DNA of 64,000 nucleotides, from assembly GCA_964624625.1 (NCBI GenBank), contig CAZUXW010000004.1, positions 28,931-92,930 of the forward strand, given 5' to 3'. The notes below the pieces were generated by a model, which saw only the letters and a program-made list of their open reading frames with translations, was not told the DNA's origin and did no database searches. The DNA is from an uncultured bacterium. Lineage in GTDB: Bacteria; Oederibacteriota; Muellerivitia; Muellerivitales; Muellerivitaceae. The first letter of the stretch is position 1. Every line of letters begins with the position of its first letter. Position numbers and translations under genes: made by a program. Positions 61,167 through 64,000 of this stretch are shown here, one piece after another.

Positions 61167-63530
61167 TTAGGGTTTGGTGGTGAGGGAAATGAGGGCCCGG
61201 CGTTTGGTCTCTCCCGCGGCGGGGTTCGCGGCGGACTTGGCCGGCTCCCTCGCCGAATAACCCACCGCGAAAATGGCGTCCGGTGAAATCTTGAGGGCTT
61301 TCGTCAGGAACTTTTTGACCTCCAGGGCCCGGTCGTGGGACAGGACCAGCAGGTCCCCTGTTTCGTCCGGGGCGGCGTAGCCCTTGACCACCAAAATACT
61401 CTTGTTCAGGTAGGGGCGGATGGAGGTGGCCGCCTTCTCGATTTCCTTTTTGGCGTCCGACGACAGGGCCGAACTCATGGCGTCAAAATAAACCGTGGTT
61501 AAATTCAGCGTCATCTGCTCCCCGGTAGTGGGAGGCTGGTAATCGACTTGAACGCTGGCGGGATCGCTCGCGGCGGAGTTTCCCGCGCGGTCAAAGGCCG
61601 TCAATTGGAAGTCCACCAGGGAGCCCGGATCCACGGTCTTTCCGCTGTCCGTGCCCCCGTCCCAGGTTATTTCCTTCGGTGGCTGCCCCTCCCCCGTGAA
61701 ACGCTTGAGGACATCGCCGTTTTCATCGGTGATTTCCAATCTCCAATTTTGGATCCCGCTTTGATCGGACGCTTGGAGGTTCATCTTGTAGTTTTTCCTG
61801 GAGTTGAAATCGACCAGGTTATCCTCGCCCTTCACGGTCAATTCCGGCGGAAGGCTGTCGAGGGTGACGCTCACGGGATCCGTTTTGAGGCTGTTCCCCG
61901 CCAGGTCCCGGGCCGTCAGGCGGCACAAGTAATTTCCGTCCGGCAGGGGAGCTCCCTTAAGTCCCTTCCCGTTCCACTTGAGGCTCTTGGGGAGCTTGGT
62001 TTGGCCCTGGGCCGAGTAAACCACCTTGTTGGTCGAGGCGTCGCTCACCTCGAAGTTCCAATCCTGAACCTCGGTCGAGCCTCCGGCGTTCAAGGTGAAA
62101 AGAATCTCGTTCTTCCTTTTTTTCGCCTCCCGGGGGGAGAAATAATCGGCGCTGGCCTGAATCTCGAAATGGGCCCTGGTGGAGAGGATTTCCACCCTCT
62201 CAACATCATTGGAGATCAGCTCGTTTTTGCGGTTGAAGGTTTTCAGGACCACCTGGTACCTGCCGTCCGGGACCTGTTTGCCCTCCTCGTTCAAGCCGTC
62301 CCAGGAGAGCATGGGCAGGAGGGGTCCTGTTCCCCCGACGCGCCTCACCGTTTTGGGCCCCGGCGCCTGGATCTCAATGATCCAGCGGGCGATGTCCGCC
62401 ACCTTCCCCTCCGGGAAGGAAATGGACGTGGTTTTTTGCTGGCCCGCCGGCGAGAAGATCGGCGGATCCACCTCAATGCTCATTTTTCTCAAGGGAACAT
62501 CGGAAATGGGTTTACCGGTTTTCGCCGGCGCCTCGGTCAATTCCAACCCGGATCCGATGGTGATTTCCGCGGAGGAGGGGGAGATGGTTTTCACCGAGGG
62601 GGTTTCGGCTTTTCCCAGGTCGTCGAACCTGTAAACGAAGGAAAGGAAATGGGAAAACTGGGTATTGGCCGCGGAGGCCCGGAAAGCGTAGCTGATCTCA
62701 AAGGGTTGGGCCGGATGGTAGCCGGCTCCCATGGAAAAATAACCGTCGTTGTTGAAGAGGTCGTCGAATCCCAGGCGGAGGGAATAAAACCTATCGCCGA
62801 AGAATCGCTCCGCCCCCAGCCGGAGCCGGTTGTGCAGGGCCGAGTTTTGGAGTGTTTGGTCGATGATGTCGTAATCCATCTCGATCCTGGTATCGGGGAT
62901 GTTTTGGTAGGCGGCGCCCAGCACGAAAGTCCTGGTCACCGGCTGCTCGTCCGTATTGTCGAACCGGACTTGGGTTCCAGCGTCCTTGACGGCCAGGGCG
63001 AAGGAAGCGATGGTCCCCTGGGGCCTCCTGAGGTCATAAGAAATCCCGAAATCCATCCCCAATCCCCTCCCGTTTTCCCGGACGCCTCCGGCCAGGGTGG
63101 AAAGGGCCATGTATTTTAAATTAAATCCCAGCAAAAAATCCCGGGAGGCGTTCAAGGGCAGGGCCACCGATCCCATGTAGGTCGTGTTGGAGGTGGGGAA
63201 AGAGGGCAGGTCGGTGAATTGGGAAAGGGCGAAAACGGTGCCGTCGGGAAAGGGATATAAGACACTGGTGTTGAATTGAAGGTCGGAAGTGGCGGGATTA
63301 AAGCCCAATCCCAATTGGGCCATGGGAACCGTGGCCCTGGCGATGCCGGCGGGATTCCATTGAATGGCGTGGGTTCCGCCAGCCACCGCTGCGACCGCGC
63401 TGCCCATGCCGATTCCGTAGGTATCCTGTTCCAAACTGGAGTTAAAGGCCTGGGAGGGGGCGGTTAGGGAAAAGCAGGACAAGCTTAGAAGTAGGAGTAG
63501 GTGTGGGTATCGAGTCGAAAACAACTTCAT
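61167..63530 (-). CDS. Large OmpA-family protein: N-terminal beta-barrel-like domain, central Ig/FlgD-like repeats and a C-terminal OmpA/MotB peptidoglycan-binding domain
   Basis: Signal peptide (MKLFSTRYPHLLLLLSLSCFSLTA). C-terminal OmpA_C block (TVYFDAMSSALSSDAKKEIEKAA…LVVKGYAAPDETGD…LSHDRA). The start is taken at MKLF. Confidence 0.6.
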   Translation of the reverse strand: MKLFSTRYPHLLLLLSLSCFSLTAPSQAFNSSLEQDTYGIGMGSAVAAVAGGTHAIQWNPAGIARATVPMAQLGLGFNPATSDLQFNTSVLYPFPDGTVFALSQFTDLPSFPTSNTTYMGSVALPLNASRDFLLGFNLKYMALSTLAGGVRENGRGLGMDFGISYDLRRPQGTIASFALAVKDAGTQVRFDNTDEQPVTRTFVLGAAYQNIPDTRIEMDYDIIDQTLQNSALHNRLRLGAERFFGDRFYSLRLGFDDLFNNDGYFSMGAGYHPAQPFEISYAFRASAANTQFSHFLSFVYRFDDLGKAETPSVKTISPSSAEITIGSGLELTEAPAKTGKPISDVPLRKMSIEVDPPIFSPAGQQKTTSISFPEGKVADIARWIIEIQAPGPKTVRRVGGTGPLLPMLSWDGLNEEGKQVPDGRYQVVLKTFNRKNELISNDVERVEILSTRAHFEIQASADYFSPREAKKRKNEILFTLNAGGSTEVQDWNFEVSDASTNKVVYSAQGQTKLPKSLKWNGKGLKGAPLPDGNYLCRLTARDLAGNSLKTDPVSVTLDSLPPELTVKGEDNLVDFNSRKNYKMNLQASDQSGIQNWRLEITDENGDVLKRFTGEGQPPKEITWDGGTDSGKTVDPGSLVDFQLTAFDRAGNSAASDPASVQVDYQPPTTGEQMTLNLTTVYFDAMSSALSSDAKKEIEKAATSIRPYLNKSILVVKGYAAPDETGDLLVLSHDRALEVKKFLTKALKISPDAIFAVGYSAREPAKSAANPAAGETKRRALISLTTKP

Positions 63531-63614
63531 CTCCTGCGGCGGTTGAGCCAATGCGTCCTTTTGATGGGGAAGGTTAATATAATTCATCCCAAGGTCGATA
63601 AAAAGCCCTAATTT

Positions 63615-63914
63615 TCAGAGCCTGGCGGCAATCCCGTAAAGAGTCTCAACGAGGAACTTTTTCGCGAAAATCAGGGCTAAAACCGCCAAAAAAGGCGATA
63701 GGTCAAGCCCATGGAACCGCCAGGGAGGCAGCAGCCTTCGAAGGGGTCCCAGCAGCGGTTCGGAAATGGCGTGGATGGCCCTGACAAAACCATTATAGGG
63801 ATCGGCGTTGGCCCAGGACAAAAGAACCCGCAGGAGAATCACCCAATAGAGGGCCTCCATCACCATTCCCAAAACGTCCGCGGCCGCCGTCAATAAATTC
63901 CCGAGCACAAACAT
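63615..63914 (-). CDS. yggT: YggT-family membrane protein
   Basis: ~99 aa with two TM helices and a YggT-like motif (…ILLRVLLSW…NGFV…ISEPLL.PLRR). Confidence 0.7.
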   Translation of the reverse strand: MFVLGNLLTAAADVLGMVMEALYWVILLRVLLSWANADPYNGFVRAIHAISEPLLGPLRRLLPPWRFHGLDLSPFLAVLALIFAKKFLVETLYGIAARL

Positions 63915-64000
63915 GGCCTTTTCCCTTTTTCCTTAAGATTTTGAGGTCAGCGTCACCCAAGTCTTGTCGTCCGTCATTAAATATTTTTGGACGGCTTTTT

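Noticed and set aside
61548-63119. 523-aa plus-strand ORF
   Set aside because: Antisense within the OmpA-family gene. Extreme Gly/Arg/Pro composition.
1-64000. CRISPR arrays, rRNA genes, IS elements/transposases, toxin-antitoxin or restriction-modification genes
   Set aside because: None seen. There are no regularly spaced direct repeats with unique spacers and no transposase- or nuclease-like translations. The only mobility-related gene is the single tyrosine recombinase.

Overview
This 64 kb window looks like chromosomal DNA from a high-GC diderm (Gram-negative-type) bacterium. It is densely coded: about 60 CDS and 3 tRNAs, with no rRNA and no CRISPR array. I cannot assign a taxon from sequence alone.

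Housekeeping genes are easy to recognise from their translations:
- SppA (5'-truncated at the window edge), a D-2-hydroxyacid dehydrogenase, apt, a sigma-70 family factor and acylphosphatase;
- tRNA-Arg(CCT) and two tandem tRNA-Pro genes (GGG and CGG);
- HU/IHF, then gpsA, plsY and der;
- rpsA, plsC and a class I DAHP synthase;
- an aromatic amino-acid block pheA-hisC-tyrA-aroA-cmk with overlapping stops and starts;
- glyA, argS, msrB, yqeK, a sugar ABC transporter (SBP plus two permeases) and yggT.

Between these sit several unusual cell-envelope modules:
1. 834-5950: a two-gene unit encoding a polytopic membrane protein with a TolB-like beta-propeller, followed by a chimeric outer-membrane protein. 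The chimera combines a signal peptide, an HExxH metallopeptidase domain, a PD40 propeller, an FN3 domain and an Omp85/BamA-type C-terminal barrel.
2. 20479-29694: a six-gene minus-strand cluster. In order it encodes a 1040-aa TPR protein, an outer-membrane barrel, ExbB, ExbD, TonB and a DUF2723(TMEM260-like)-TPR fusion.
3. 34384-39320: a second DUF2723-like membrane protein translationally coupled to a secreted six-hairpin-glycosidase-like protein.
4. 51651-54059: an orphan tadD-tadB-tadC piece of a Tad/Flp pilus locus.
5. 47627-49953: tandem PD40 lipoproteins.
6. 61167-63530: a large OmpA-family protein.

Non-coding signals also stand out:
- At 8738-8786 a tyrosine recombinase gene is preceded by a consensus-like sigma-70 promoter. 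The promoter overlaps a perfect 15-bp inverted repeat with a 6-bp spacer, which is the architecture of a lox/dif-type core site. An AT-rich 460-bp non-coding stretch follows the gene.
- A roughly 95-nt structured intergenic element with terminal inverted repeats (TTGACCACAGA...TCTGTGGTTAA) occurs three times, at about 23842, 24587 and 42103.
- A TTAGGAATT-rich inverted-repeat element occurs at 32349-32447, with a second copy at 19337-19369.

All calls rest on reading the translated ORFs and the DNA by eye and on remembered family signatures. No database search was run.
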